NCBI GenBank assembly: GCA_951406725.2
Contig: OX597822.1
Location: forward strand, 60,202,001 to 60,266,000
Origin: Octopus vulgaris
Taxonomy: Eukaryota
Reading direction: 5' to 3'
Length of the DNA stretch: 64,000 nucleotides
Both the position numbers and the translations under genes were made by a program. The number at the start of each line of letters is the position of its first letter. Position 1 is the first letter of the stretch. The notes beneath the pieces were generated by a model. It was not told where the DNA came from. It made no database searches and saw only the letters and a program-made list of their open reading frames with translations. Positions 29,401-43,642 of this stretch are shown one piece after another.

Positions 29401-29792
29401 ACTGGTTATGGTCAAACAACTGACAAGCAAATCTGTGGTATTGAGCAGAATATTTGCTGTAGCCCATCTTTTATACCAAGACAAAACGATGTACATGATA
29501 TTATTATTATTATTGTGGCCATTGCCAGCCTTGCCTGGCCCCCGTGCTGGTGGCACGTAAAAAGCACCATCCGATCATGGCTGTTTGACAGCCTCGTCTG
29601 GCACTTGTGCCGGTGGCACGTAAACAGCACCCACTACACTCACGGAGTGGTTGGCGTTAGGAAGGGCATCCAGCTGTAGAAACATTGCCAGATCAGACTG
29701 GGCCTGGTGGAGCCTTCTGGCTTCCCAGACCCCAGTTGAACTGTCCAACCCACGCTAGCATGGAAAGCAGACGCTAAACGAAGATGATGATG

Positions 29793-29833
<41 letters not shown>

Positions 29834-32800
29834 CATCATTATCATTATCATTATTATTATTAAGGTTGCAATTTGGCAGAATAATTAGTATATTTGGCAA
29901 AATGCTTAACATTCTGAGTTCAAATTCCACTAAGGTTGACTTTGCCTTTCATTCTTTCAAGGTAGATAAAATAAGTACAGTTGAGCACTGGGCTTGATGT
30001 AACTGACTTACCCTCTTCCTAAGATTGTTGGCCATGTGCCAAAATTTGAAATTACCATTACCTCTACCTTAGCGAAGGCAGAGGTATTGTTTTCAGTCAT
30101 ATTTGTTTGTTTGTCTGTGGACAAGATATCTCAAGAACTGCTGGATGGATTTGGATGAAACTTTCAAAGATGTTTGGCCTCGTGACTGGCATGAATTGAT
30201 TAGACTTGAGATTGATCCAGTACCGGACAAGAATTCAGGATCATTTTTCCTGTTTTTTTAGTTAATTTTTGAGAGCAGTCAGATTCATTTTTAGTATTCT
30301 TGTTTGTGGCCGAGTTTATTTCAGATATTCTCACTTTTGGTATTGCCTTGGCATAGGTTTGTGCTCTCTGAGTGCTCGTTATTATTACTATTATTAAGGC
30401 AACCAACTGGCAGAGTCTTTAGCATGTTAGGCAATGTGCTTAAAGGTTAGGCTAAAGAGAGAGTGTGTGTTTGTATATTAGTTTAAACAAGTTGGTCAAC
30501 AAACACTGAGAGAGTGTGTTTGCATGCACAGACCAACTTCTATTTAAGGCAGCTAGCTTCTTTCTGATTAACTTAGAAATGGAACTTTCTTATATAATGT
30601 TCAGTTAGGCTCCAGAGAAAAGTTTGCTGTGAATTTTCTGAGCCAAGTTAAGCTAATAAAAAGAGTTGAGCTGACTTTGTTAAATTGGGTAAGTTTGTCT
30701 ACTGGGATTAAGTTTTACAGATTGAATAGAAACTAATGATGTTTTTATAGCTAATATAAGCGTATATAGGTTTGTCTGTGTGAATTAGTAACTAATAGAA
30801 ACTACAGAGAGTTAGTGATGGTTTAATCACTAGATGTCCTTTGTTCTGTAGTTGAATAAAATTACAGAAAAATAGGAGAAAGCTGGATTCTTTTGACCAT
30901 AAAGAAAAATACTATTCATATAACACTTTTCAACATAATTTTCGAGGGGATCATTAGAAACAGTAGTTAATGTATCGGACACTTTGGATAGAAATGTTGA
31001 TTCTGTGCTATTTCAATTTATTTTTGTTTCTCTTCTGATGTTTTTGTCTGTGGACAGCTATATTCTTCATAACTGTGTGTAACCGTTTGTTTTTTAAAGT
31101 TGATCCTTTCATATTTATGTTTAAAGTTGATCCTTTCATATTTATGTTTTAAGTTTTTGTAATCTGCAATGTTGCAGAAATAGTTTTATTGATACAATAT
31201 ACCTGAGTCATTTTAATGTTGCATTATTATGTTCATTAAACCAAACTTATTTTTTGTTTGTAGTCTCTTTCAACTCCGTGTCCACGCTTTACTCAGTGCT
31301 GCTAATATGATCTCATCACTTAGTATTGAAACTATTGGTGGAATTGAACGATTGCATAGCATCTGGACTGGACTTGTCCGTATGTGTCACATGAAACAAG
31401 GTAAACAACATTGAATAGCTTTCATTTACTATGAACTTTTTTTATTTAAAATTTCTTTTCATTTTACTGTTTTACGTCAATTCAAGGGGGAACAACTGTT
31501 TTTATGACTAAATATTATTTCTACCACTACTAACCAGTAAACTGTAGTTACCTGTGTTTTGTCTCAAACAAACTGGATTTACAAACAGCATTATTTACCT
31601 TGCACGAAAGCACAACACAAATGCTGTGACTTTAGTCGTAAACCTTGTACTTCAGATCTTGTCTGTAGTCTGGTATCTCCACTTTACAGAGTTAGAGAAA
31701 TAGACTTTAGTTTAATGCTAGCATAAACTTTTCAGATCACCACCAATGCCCTCAGATTCTCAATTTTACCCTCTCTCTCTCTCATTTTGTTTTCCTAAAT
31801 TACAATATGATTTCTCCTTAGCAATTTGATTTAATATTGGAGTCAATCAATGTCTCACAATTGATAACTGAATGATATTTTATTTAAGCACTTGTGGATG
31901 GTAAAGTTTCACCTAAAACGACCTTTCAAATATGCTTTAACTGTATAAGCAGGATGTTGTTACTATCAGACCATGTACTACCAGAATGTATGTGTAATTA
32001 AATATGTTTGGTTCATAATCCTGAATATTTCAAAACTGAGATCAAATATTAAAAGACTGAAAAATCAAACAAATGCAATAATATCAAAAGATTCAAAAGT
32101 TTGAATTTTGAAATATTTTAAGGAAAATATATGAAGAAAAATGGTCTTGAGAAACATTTATTTTATTAAAAAGGAGTTTATTTGAGAAGCATATTATAAC
32201 ATATTGGTATTACAGGAGTACAATATCAAAGATACAATTTAAAAGGTCATCATCATGGTGCTCTTCCTCCTTCTCAACATCCTCATCATCAGTAGTGGAG
32301 TTGCATACTGTGAAAGCATGGTTGTGGTGTATTGTTGGTCACAGTCAAATGGCTGAAACAAAAGATAAAAGATGTATATATACTGTAAAAACCCGTGTAA
32401 TTTATGCACTTTTTTTCACAAAAATAAAAATAAACTTTAGTGAGTGCGTAAATTACATGAATAGATTGTTTGCAGAATATTTTTTAAAAATTGTTTTTGT
32501 TGGCAAAAGACGACGCAAAATTTTCATACTGGAAGTTGACTCATTTAATGTCAGAATAGGTTTTTACGGAAAAAATAATGGTTTAAATATAATGAAGTTG
32601 ACTTTTATTTTTCTGTACAGTCTAATGCTTACTTTTTTTGTATAAGTTTTGACGTGCATGCTGATAAACACAGTATGGGCCATATTTTACATTGCTTGGA
32701 GTTTCTACCTATTGCAGTGGAGCACCATTGACATACATACATTTTGTTGGTAATTCTTATCAACAACTTTTCCTGTAATCATGATTTGAGAAGGCACACA

Positions 32801-33425
32801 GCAGTATGCTAAAGATCGGACATAATCTCTTGTGAGAAAGAAATGTAATATAAAGTTTATTATAAAGAAAACAAACACTTTGTAATATAACAGTTTTCAA
32901 TGTGATACCTGGTAAACAGAAATTATTTTTATTTAATGAAAATTTAATAAAATCTAATCATAAGTGAAATTATGCTAAATACAACTAAATTAAAAACCTT
33001 TTTTCCCTGGCTGTATCAGCAATTCTGTAAAATTTTGGGTGCAAATTTTACATGAGTAGAAGCTTTTTTTTAACCAATTTTATCCTGAAAATCACCAGCG
33101 TAAATTACACAAGTGCACAAATTACATGGATTTTTACAGTGTATATGTGTGTGTGTGTGTGTGTGTGTAGAGGCACGTGGCTTAGTGGTTAGGGTGTCAG
33201 CATCAAGATTGTGGTTTCGATTCCTGGAGCGAGCGACGCGTTGTGTTCTTGAGCAAAACACTTCATTTCACGTTGCTCCAGTCCACTCAGCTGGCAAAAA
33301 TGAGTAATGCTGCGATGGACTGGCGTCCCATCCAGCTAGGGAAATACATACGCCATTGAAACCAGGAAACCGGGCTCATGAGCCTGGCTAGGCCTTAAAA
33401 GGGCGCATTTATTATTTATTATATA

Positions 33426-33458
<33 letters not shown>

Positions 33459-35547
33459 AAAAGTGAATGTAAAATGATGATGGTAGAAGTGTTTTTACAA
33501 TTTTTTTCTTGATTTTTTTGTTAATTTGAAGTGTTTAAGTGGTACTTGTAGACCATTTATGAGCAGGGAGGAATTTCAAAGCAAATCAGTTTAAGAGTGA
33601 AGTATCTGGGAGTATTAAAAATAGGTTTCATAAAATGTTATGAAATACTCAGTGGTGAAGTTATGTCAGCCAGGTAGACTGATGCAGACTAAATAATGTT
33701 CCCGATCTACAAAGTATAATTAGACACTAACAACCTCAACAGTTTAATATCATTGGTCTTCAGACTTTTTATCAGTTTCAAAACAAGAGAATTAGGAATT
33801 ACTCTTAGTTGGAGTGTGAGTCTGAAAAATATTTTGCTGGAAACAAGTTCAGTTTTAATAATTGTTTAGTTTGAAGAGGAGAGCCAGTGTCTGTACATTT
33901 TGCAAACCCTCCCAAACTGGTGAGGTCAGCATGGGGTTGATATTTAGTCATATGATGATAGCATTAGTGAAAATATAGTTTATGAGGGATTTTTAACCCT
34001 GTGAGAAAAGTACTTAACTACATGTTTTGCTATATGTGTGTGGATTGGCATCTGGGCTTATAATATCTACATTGTTAAATCCAGTGTGAAAAAATTTGTT
34101 CGATTGTGATGATGATGATATTGTTTTTGATGAATCTTTTCCAATCTATATCTTTAAAAATAAATGCACCCTTTTAAAGCCTAGCCAGGCTCATGGACCC
34201 GGTTTCTATGGCATATGTGTTCCCCAGCTGGACGGGATACCAGTCCATCGCAGTGTTACTCATTTTTGCTAGCTGAGTGGACTGGAGCAACGTGAAATGA
34301 AGTGTTTTGCTCAAGAACACAACGCGCTGCCCAGTCCAGGAATCGAAACCACAATCTTACGATCATGGTGCTGACACCCTAACCACTAAGCCATGCGCCT
34401 CCACAATCTATATCTTTACTGATGTATAAACTTTTTCAGTTCTCTTCCTGTGCATATATTTTGTATACTGTTCATGTAGTTTTGCTTACTTTTTCTGATG
34501 AGTTGTAGTGCACCTGAGCATTGTTTGTCATAAGTTCATCATTGTTATTATTGTTAGTTAAATCTCTGATCATCTTTTCCTATTTAATACGACAGATTCA
34601 GAGATAAACTGTGATGTTGACTATCTAGAAGCTGTGAGCAGTGCTTTGTCAGCCGTGGCTCAGAAATTTGCAGAGTGCAAAACTATTAAGGTGAGTAGTG
34701 ACATGAACTTGGGGGGGTTTCTCCATTTCTCTGGAACAGACATAAATGCCAAGATATACCAATTTAGATTAGTTTTCAGGAATCAACATTAATAAACAGG
34801 GTAGGCCAAAAATCACGCACCAAAACATTGACATTTTATTTATATTATGTTATTATTGTTATTATTATTATTATCATCATCAAGGCAGCAAGCTGGCAGA
34901 ATCATTAGCACTCTGCACGAAATACTTGGCGGTATTTCACCCATTGCTGCTTTCTGAGTTCAAATTCCACTAAAGTTGACATTGCCTTTCATCCTTTCAG
35001 GGTTGATAAATTAAGTACCAATCAAGTACTGGGGTTGATGTGACTGACTATCCTCCTTCCCACAAATTCCAGGCCTTGTGCCTATAGTAGAAAGGATTAT
35101 TATTGGAGCGTGGCCGATACCAGTGCCACCTGACTAGCTCCTGTGCCAGTAGCACATAAAAAGCACCCACTACACTTTCGGATTGGTTGGCATTAGGGAG
35201 AGCATCCAGCTGTAGAAACCTTGCCAAATCAGACTGGAGCTTCATGCAGCTTCCCAGCTTTCAGTGAAACCGTCCAACCCATGGAAAGCGGACATTAAAT
35301 GACAATGATGATGATTATTATTAAGGCAGTGAACTGGCAGAATCATTAGCACACCAGACAAAATGCTTAGCAGTATTTCGTCTGCTACTATGTTCTGAGT
35401 TCAAATTCCGCTGAATTCGACTTTGCCTTTGATCCTTTCGGGGTCAATAAATTAAGTATCAGTCAAGTACTGGGGGTGACCAACTTACCCACTTCCCCAC
35501 AAATACAGGCCTTGTGCCTACAGTAGAAAGGATTATTATCATTATCA

Positions 35548-35581
<34 letters not shown>

Positions 35582-36596
35582 TTTCGTTCGTCATGTACAA
35601 GTGTATTCATTCATTCTTTTATTCATTTCATTCAATTTTTGAAAAATTGAAGCATGTCTTTGACAATTCCAGAGCATATTGAACTTATTTTGTGCATGAC
35701 TTTTGGCTTACCCTGTACATTGTTTTCTTGTATTTGGCATTCATTTTTCTATAATTTCATTTGCTAGCTCCAGGTTAACAATGATTTTGTACACCTGATA
35801 TTAAAGATGTTAAAGCCATGAACATCCTTCTAATTTTTTATTTTGATTCATGTTGGAGATGTGCTATGATTTACAGGAGTGAGGTATGAAGTTGGAGCAA
35901 CTTAGAAGGTTAGAAAGAACGGATTTGTGAATGGTTTGATGGACAAGTGGAGTATCAATTGAGAAGGAGAGAGAGAGAGAAACAATAAATTGCAGAGAAT
36001 GGTGGAAAGAATAGAGGCAGTGATGGATGTTGTGAAGTAAAATTAGGTGAATGGTTGGGTGATGTGCTGAAGAAAGAAGAAAGTGATTGAGAGAGAGGCA
36101 TGAATGTGGTAAGGAAGAAGAAAGGGAAGTCATGGAAACACATGACCCATGACAAAAGAAAATGAAGCCAAGTGGGGAGTTTGGGTGGGGATAAAGAGAA
36201 TAGGACAAAATAGAGGAGACTATCAGAGTGCATTAAAATGGTAAGTGTGATTTGAGGGAGACTTGGCTGCTATTTCTAATAGATTTAACGACTAAATAAA
36301 GGTTCAAAGGGTTTTTTGTTACTAGAGGCCATTCAACTTTGAAGCCAATCTAGGAATGGAACCTCTTTTACTGTTAGCCAATCCTATTAGGACTTGTCAT
36401 GTTATATGGTGACTACAGTAAAATTTGAACTCATTTGGCCAGATGTCAACATGGTACCATAGCTGTGTGATAAGAAGTATGCTTCCCAACCACATGGTTC
36501 TGGATTCAGTCCAACTGCGTGGCACCTTGGGCAATTATCTTCTACCAAAACCTTGTGAGTGAATTTAGTAAATGGAAACTGAAAGTAGTCCATTGA

Positions 36597-36670
<74 letters not shown>

Positions 36671-39600
36671 ATGTATGTATGTATATATGTGTGTGTTTAT
36701 GTGTATGCATTTATGAGTGTCTTTGTGTTTTTGTTTGTCCCCTATCACTGTTTGACAACTGGTGTTGGTGTGTTTACATCTTCACAACTTAGCAGTTCGG
36801 CAAAAGTGACCAATAGAATAAGTACCGGGCTTTAAAAGAAAACAAAGTACTTTTGGTGATTCATTTGACTGCAATTCTTCAAGGTGGTGCACCAGCATGG
36901 CCACAGCCTAATGACTGAAACAAGTAAAAGATAGATGATCAAAGAAATTTCTTGTGATGGGTGAATACCATCAAACAAAAAGTTAACCTTTGATAAGTCA
37001 AGTTCAAACTGTTTTTTTGTCTACCTCTTGAAGCCAATTTAGCAGGATTTCCGGTTAAAGTATGAATGAATGCTTTTGTGGTTAGTGATAGAGAACTCAA
37101 TATTTATTCCATTGTTTGACAAGTGGCCTGTGTTGTATCAAAAGGTAATCTGCTAGTGGGAGTGACAGTTCCTCTGTGTTTCTGATGCTTTTGGAAACAG
37201 CACAACTCTCATAATCATACTTGTAACTTCAGATTATGGCTAAGTTACAAAAAAATATGAATATTTGTAGCTAGTAATAGTTGTCATTTAACCCTAGGTC
37301 TGCGCTGATACAGTAGATTTATAATCAAAAGCATTTCGTTCTCAACCACAAGTCTTTTAAGAGAATATAGATCTACCATTTGAGTGTGATCGTTACCAGC
37401 ATCGCCTTACTGGCACATGAACAAAACATTCGAGCAAGGTCGTTGCCAGTACTGCTGGGCTGTCTCCTGTGCAGGTGGCACGTAAAAAACACCATTTCAA
37501 GTGTGGCCGTTGCCAGTACCGTCAGACTGGCCCTCATGCTGGTGGCATGTAAAAGCACCTACTATACCCTCGGAGTGGTTGGTGTTAGGAAGGGCATCCA
37601 GCTGTAGAAACTCTACCAGATCAGATTGGAGCCTGGCGCAGCCATCTGGTTTGCAGTCCTCAGTCAAATCGTCCAACCCATGCTAGCATGGAAAGCGGAC
37701 GTTAAATGAGGATGATGATGATTATCAACTGGGTTCTTCCTTTATTTGAGATGTCTACAGTTGGATCTACATCTGTTGTTGGTTTCACTTACGTTCATGC
37801 CAGCAGTTTCCCTGAATAACATGGTGTGCTCTTACTCAATTTGTGATAAGGATACATCAGATGAAAAAATCTTAGTCACACTAGGCCAAGAAAAAGACAA
37901 GGATGGCCATAGTTGGAATGCCATTGATCATTGACCTACTTAATCAGAGCTGACCTAGAGTAAAACAACTATGGTTTCTGTCATGGGAACAGTATTCCAT
38001 ATTTTGCTTCAGTACTGCAAAGGAGATCTGATTGCTATTTCTAGCAGGTTGAATGACTATGTAGGAGTTTCTTTGCTTGTATATATATTGTGGTAGTTTT
38101 GCACTGATGGTGGTGCGGATGGCTGAGACACTTGACTGACTGATGAAATATGTTACTCTATTTCATTTGTGGGTACTGAGTTCAAATCCTACTTGGACTG
38201 TCTTGATTTCTATTTTTCTAGCAATGTACATATAAATGTAAATAAATCCTAAGAAACCAGGGATTTTAAGGGTCAGTTCCTAGCTCTGGTTTTATGTTGT
38301 AAAGTGTATGACAGATTCATTTATGTCTATTTGCATTCTAAGTTCAAATCCTGCTTGGATTGACTTATTTCACATCTACTAGAAGGCATAATTTTAATCT
38401 GCTCATCACTGCTAATAATTTGTCCTGCTTTTATTGCATGTTAGTCATTCCTAAATTTGAGATTTAGAAACTTTATATTCAGACTGATTGTACCTTGTAT
38501 TTAACCATTTTGACATAATGCTTTAATACATATTTTCTTCTACAAGTTGGCAGATATAATGTCACCTGAATCTATGGTTTTGTTTGAAAAGATGCAAGAA
38601 AGTCCAAATCAACAAATTCGGATCAATTCCATTCGAGTTTTATCATCTATTGGTTCTACTTTACTACTAAATTCATCAACTCACTCTGAACTGAAGGTAA
38701 CTTTGCTCTAGCAATCAAATTCTGTCATTTTGTCTGTTTCTCTGAGTCTAAAAATTGTCTCCTCCTCAAACACCTCCTCCCCTCACCTCCTCAAGCACCT
38801 CCTCCACTATCCTCCTCATACCCTTCTCCCTTCCTCCTCACACTCCCTCTTCTCTTCTTCCTGCTCTTTCCCTCTTCATTCACCTTCCCTCCTCTCACTC
38901 TTCCCTTCCTCCTCCTCTTCCTACTCCTTCCCTCTTCATACTCCTCCACCACCACCCTCTCCTTTTATTTTATTCTCATTTGCTATCATCAGACATTTAG
39001 ATGTTTAGACATTAAAGAATATAGTTACTTTTATTATTAACACAGTTTTGTTATCAAAGACTAGGTCTTTGCATGTCATCGTACCATAGCCCTGGCAATG
39101 ACTCATTTCAATCCTTAAGTCTTTCTTTTAACTGTAGTTAGAGCCTTCTAGAGCTTTTTTTTTTTTTCTGTTCTTTCTACTAAAGAATAAAGATGTATTA
39201 AATGTGTTGTGTTATTTCCATCAAAATTATGCTAAATCTGAATTTATTGTAATTGTTGATAACGAATAAAGTGTTGGCATTCTCAATTTACAGTCAGTGA
39301 TGCAGAATTAGTTTGACTTTTTGTTTTTTAGGCAGACAAAAATCTAATTATTTTTGTACTGATTATAATTGCCTTACTATCTGCTGCAGTTGAAGGTTTT
39401 CCTTTTAGATTACTTCATTAATAGCCTGACTTCAGCTTACCATTTATCTAATGGATTCTCGGAATTACTCATTACAGAAGTTCTAGTGACATCAATGTCT
39501 GTATATAAGGTTGAGCACAGTTACCATCTCTCTTACTGAAATTAGCCTAGTTTCTTGTATTCTATTTCCACAAACCATAGATACTGATAATTCTAATCTT

Positions 39601-42600
39601 TATTTTATAAAATATGAAGTAAATTGTTGTAAGTTTAAATCTTTGTTAGTATTTGATTATGCAAAAGAAAAAGTTTGATAAAAACCTCACTGTACATTAA
39701 CCCTACAGAATTTAAATTGGTCACATCCGGCCCTAGTATTTTACCTGTTTTATGTTCAAACTGGTCAGATCCAGTATCTCACACCTACCTTACAATATCA
39801 TTCTAAATATATACAATCACAACATTGAAATCTCAAAGCTACAAGATAACGCATGATTAATTCAAAACATTGTGGATAAATAAACAGAACATTTGACAGG
39901 ATAATCTAAATGCTAAAAGGTTAAGTTATTTTACCTTGCAGAAGTGGAAAAGTCTAATGTATTAAGCAGGATTTTTCATTAAACAGAGTTAAATATTTCA
40001 TCTCTCTCTGATAAAGGGCCCCACTGAAAATGTTACACTTTCTCTCCTCTCATTATCATTAGATATTTGTCTTCCAGGCTGCCTATCAGAATTACTGCCT
40101 ATCCTCCTCACTTTCCTAGATGGGCTGGAGGACTATGACTTACATCATCATTTAGCAACTGTTTTCCATGCTAGCATGGGTAAGATAGTTTGACTGGGGC
40201 TGGTAAACTAGAGAGCTGCACTGGACTCCAATCTGTTTTGGTTTGGTTTTTATGGTTGGATGCCCTTCCTAATGCCAACCACTCTACAGTGTACTGGCTG
40301 CCTTTTATGTTTCACTGGCACAGGTGCCTTTTATGTGGTATGGTTTCTAAGGTTCAATGCACTTCCTAATGCCAATCACTTAACAAAGTGTACCAGCTGC
40401 ATTTTATCATGCCATCACTTCTAGGAAGATTGTCATGTACTTGGCAAAACTAATAAGTTTTCTCTCCCCTACATCGTCTTCATTTGCCAACCCCGTTACA
40501 GAATGTACTGGTTACACTTTATTGTGATACCATAACAAGAGAAGTTGCCTTGTTTCTTGTAAGACAAATGAATTCTTTCTCCTCTATGTTGTCTCTCCTT
40601 CTTCATGGCAAAATAATTTATTTCACTTTGAACATTTTGTATCTACTATCTGCCAACACAAACTCACTAGTTTCCTTGGATTCTGCTGTTTTACTCAATG
40701 ATATGTAAATATTTGCTAAATTGGTATTGTTGCTTCATTTTGCAGCCAATTGGTATAGCTTTGATGAATATAGCCTGCCAAGATAAGAGTTTACATGTTG
40801 TTGCTGAAGCTCTCGATGCTATATTTGACATTTTTGCTGAAGATGAAGTTGATCCAGTTGTAAAGGAAATTAACCTCATAGATAATTTAAAGCCTGTTTT
40901 ATCAACCCTGAAAGGCAATGTAAGTTATTATTTTTTTTTTTGTATTGAATTAAGATATATATCAAGGTACATGATGTATACTGTTAAATAATCTAAACCA
41001 GTTATCTTTTACCTTTTACTTGTTTCAGTCATTAGACTGTGGTCATACTGGGGCACCACCTTGAAGAATTTTTAGTTGACTGAATCAAGCCCAGTACTTT
41101 TTTATTTTAGCTTGGTTCTTATTCTATCAATATCTCTAACCAAACCACTAAGTTACAGGAACATAAACACAATACCAGTTGTCACGTGGTAGAGGAGGAC
41201 AAACACAGACACAAAGACACACACACACACACACACACATATATATTTATACAATAAGCTTCTTTCAGTTTCTGTCTACCAAATTCACTCAGAAGGCTTT
41301 GATTGGCTTGAGGCTATAGTAGAAGACACTTGCCCAAGGTGTCACACAGTGGGACTGAAACCACGATCATGTGGTTGAGAAACAAACTTCTTTCCACACA
41401 ACCACAAGAACATTTCATCCATATCTCATCTTCAGTTTATAAACTTCCACAAATTATATCAATATTTCTTTACTGAGGTTCTCTGGAACCCTAGGGTTCA
41501 GCAAGAAGTCACGAGGGGGGAAATAGTGATAAGTAGGTCAATTATTTGTGAATGTATTTTTTTTTTAGTTCAATAATCATAATTTTATTATGTATGCATG
41601 CGTAAATCCTCTAATAGGGAAATCCTGGTATCTGTAAGTAGTATACGGACCCAATAGGAAAGACCTTGTTTTCACCAAGTCTTTTAAACATTCCTTGTAC
41701 TAAATCTTTCAAAGACATTTTTATGATTAAATGCCTTACAAAAGAGATAAAGATGGATAAAGATATCTAACTTTTCAATAGAGGTTCCTTAAGACATCAA
41801 ATGTATTTCAAGTGTTCCCCAAGAATAAAAAAACATTTGAAAACGTTGGTTTAGATGGACATGTGACCCAGATTATATTTTATAGGTATTCTCACACAGT
41901 CACTGGATTCTAAGGTTTTTTTTTTTTCTTTTACTTGTTTCAGTCATTTGACTGCGGCCATGCTGGAGCACCGCCTTTAGTCGAGCAAATCGACCCCAGG
42001 ACTTATTCTTTGTAAGCCTAGTACTTATTCTATCGGTCTCTTTTCGCCGAACCGTTAAGTGACGGGGACGTAAACACACCAGCATCGGTTGTCAAGCAAT
42101 GCTAGGGGGACAAACACAGACACACAAATACACACACATGCATATATATATACATACGACAGGCTTCTTTCAGTTTCCGTCTACCAAATCCACTCACAAG
42201 GCATTGGTCGGCCCGGGGCTATAGCAGAAGACACTTGCCCAAGATGCCACGCAGTGGGACTGAACCCGGAACCATGTGGTTGGTTAGCAAGCTATTTACC
42301 ACACTGCCACTCCTATATGTAGTTGTTTTTTTTTTTTACCACATTAATATGTTAATATTAAGTTGTATCAGAGTGGTGAGCTAGCAGAGTCATTACTACA
42401 CCAGAAAAATGTTTAGCAGCATTTTTCTCAGCTTCACATTCTGAGTTCAAATTTTACTGAGCTCAACTTTGCTTTTCATCCTTTTGATGTTGATAAAATA
42501 AGTACTAGATGAGTATGATGTCAATGTAATCGACTTACCTCCTCCCCCAAAATTGCTGGCCTTGTGCCAAAATTTGAAGCCAATATTAAATAATGTTATT

Positions 42601-42769
42601 CATTCAGGTGCAGGAGTGGCTATGTGGTAAGTAGCTTGTTTACCAACCACATGGTTCCAGGTTCAGTCCCACTGTGTGGCACCTTGGGCAAGTGTCTTCT
42701 ACTATAGCCTCAGGACAACCAAAGCCTTGTGACTGGATATGGTAGATGGAAACTGAAAGAAGCCCGTCG

Positions 42770-42802
<33 letters not shown>

Positions 42803-43608
42803 ATGTTTGTGTGTCTGTGTTTGTCCCCCTAGCATTGCTTGACAACCGATTCTGGTGTGTTTATGTCCCTGTCACTTAGCAGTTCGGCAAAAGAGACCGA
42901 TAGAATAAGTACTGGGCTTACAAAGAATAAGTCCCGGGGTCGAGTTGCTCGATTAAAGGCGGTGCTCCAGCATGGCCACAGTCAAATGACTGAAGCAAGT
43001 AAAAGAGTATTCAAAAGAAAATTGTACAAGGGCAAATTTATTATTTTCTTCGTTTTGCATCTACTGCAGTAGTGTGATAGGATAGATTCGAAGGAATCTC
43101 AATATTTGGATACATGCAGAAAGTGTTCCCATTAAAACAAATTTCTAAGCTCAGCTCTGTTATTAATAGTAGTTTTGGTACTGTGCCTTCAGTGGTAGAC
43201 AGATCAAAATACATTATATCACCTTTGCCAAAATTCTTATAGTGGCACAAACCCTCTTATTTACAAAGAAGAGGAAAATATAGTAACATAGCTAAAACTA
43301 AAAGCAATCCAAAGTTTGCTTGTAGCCTTCTTGTTGTTTGAAGTGGTATTCATGCTTTTCCCTGGGGTACTTGTAGCTGACATTTTTTAAACAACAACAA
43401 CACCCATCTGCTAATTTTTCTCAAACATTTTTATAGATAGGCACAGGAGTGGCTGTGCGGTAAGTAGCTTGCTTACTAGCCACATAGTTCCAGGTTCATT
43501 CCCACTGCGTGGCACCTTGGGCAAGTGTCTTCTACTATAGTCTTGGGCCGACCAAAGCCTTGTGAGTGGATTTGGCAGACAGAAACTGAAGGAAGCCCGT
43601 CATATATT

Positions 43609-43642
<34 letters not shown>

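Noticed and set aside
31096-31152. Tandem duplication aaagttgatcctttcatatttatgttt x2
   Set aside because: It is an ordinary local slippage duplication with no evident function.
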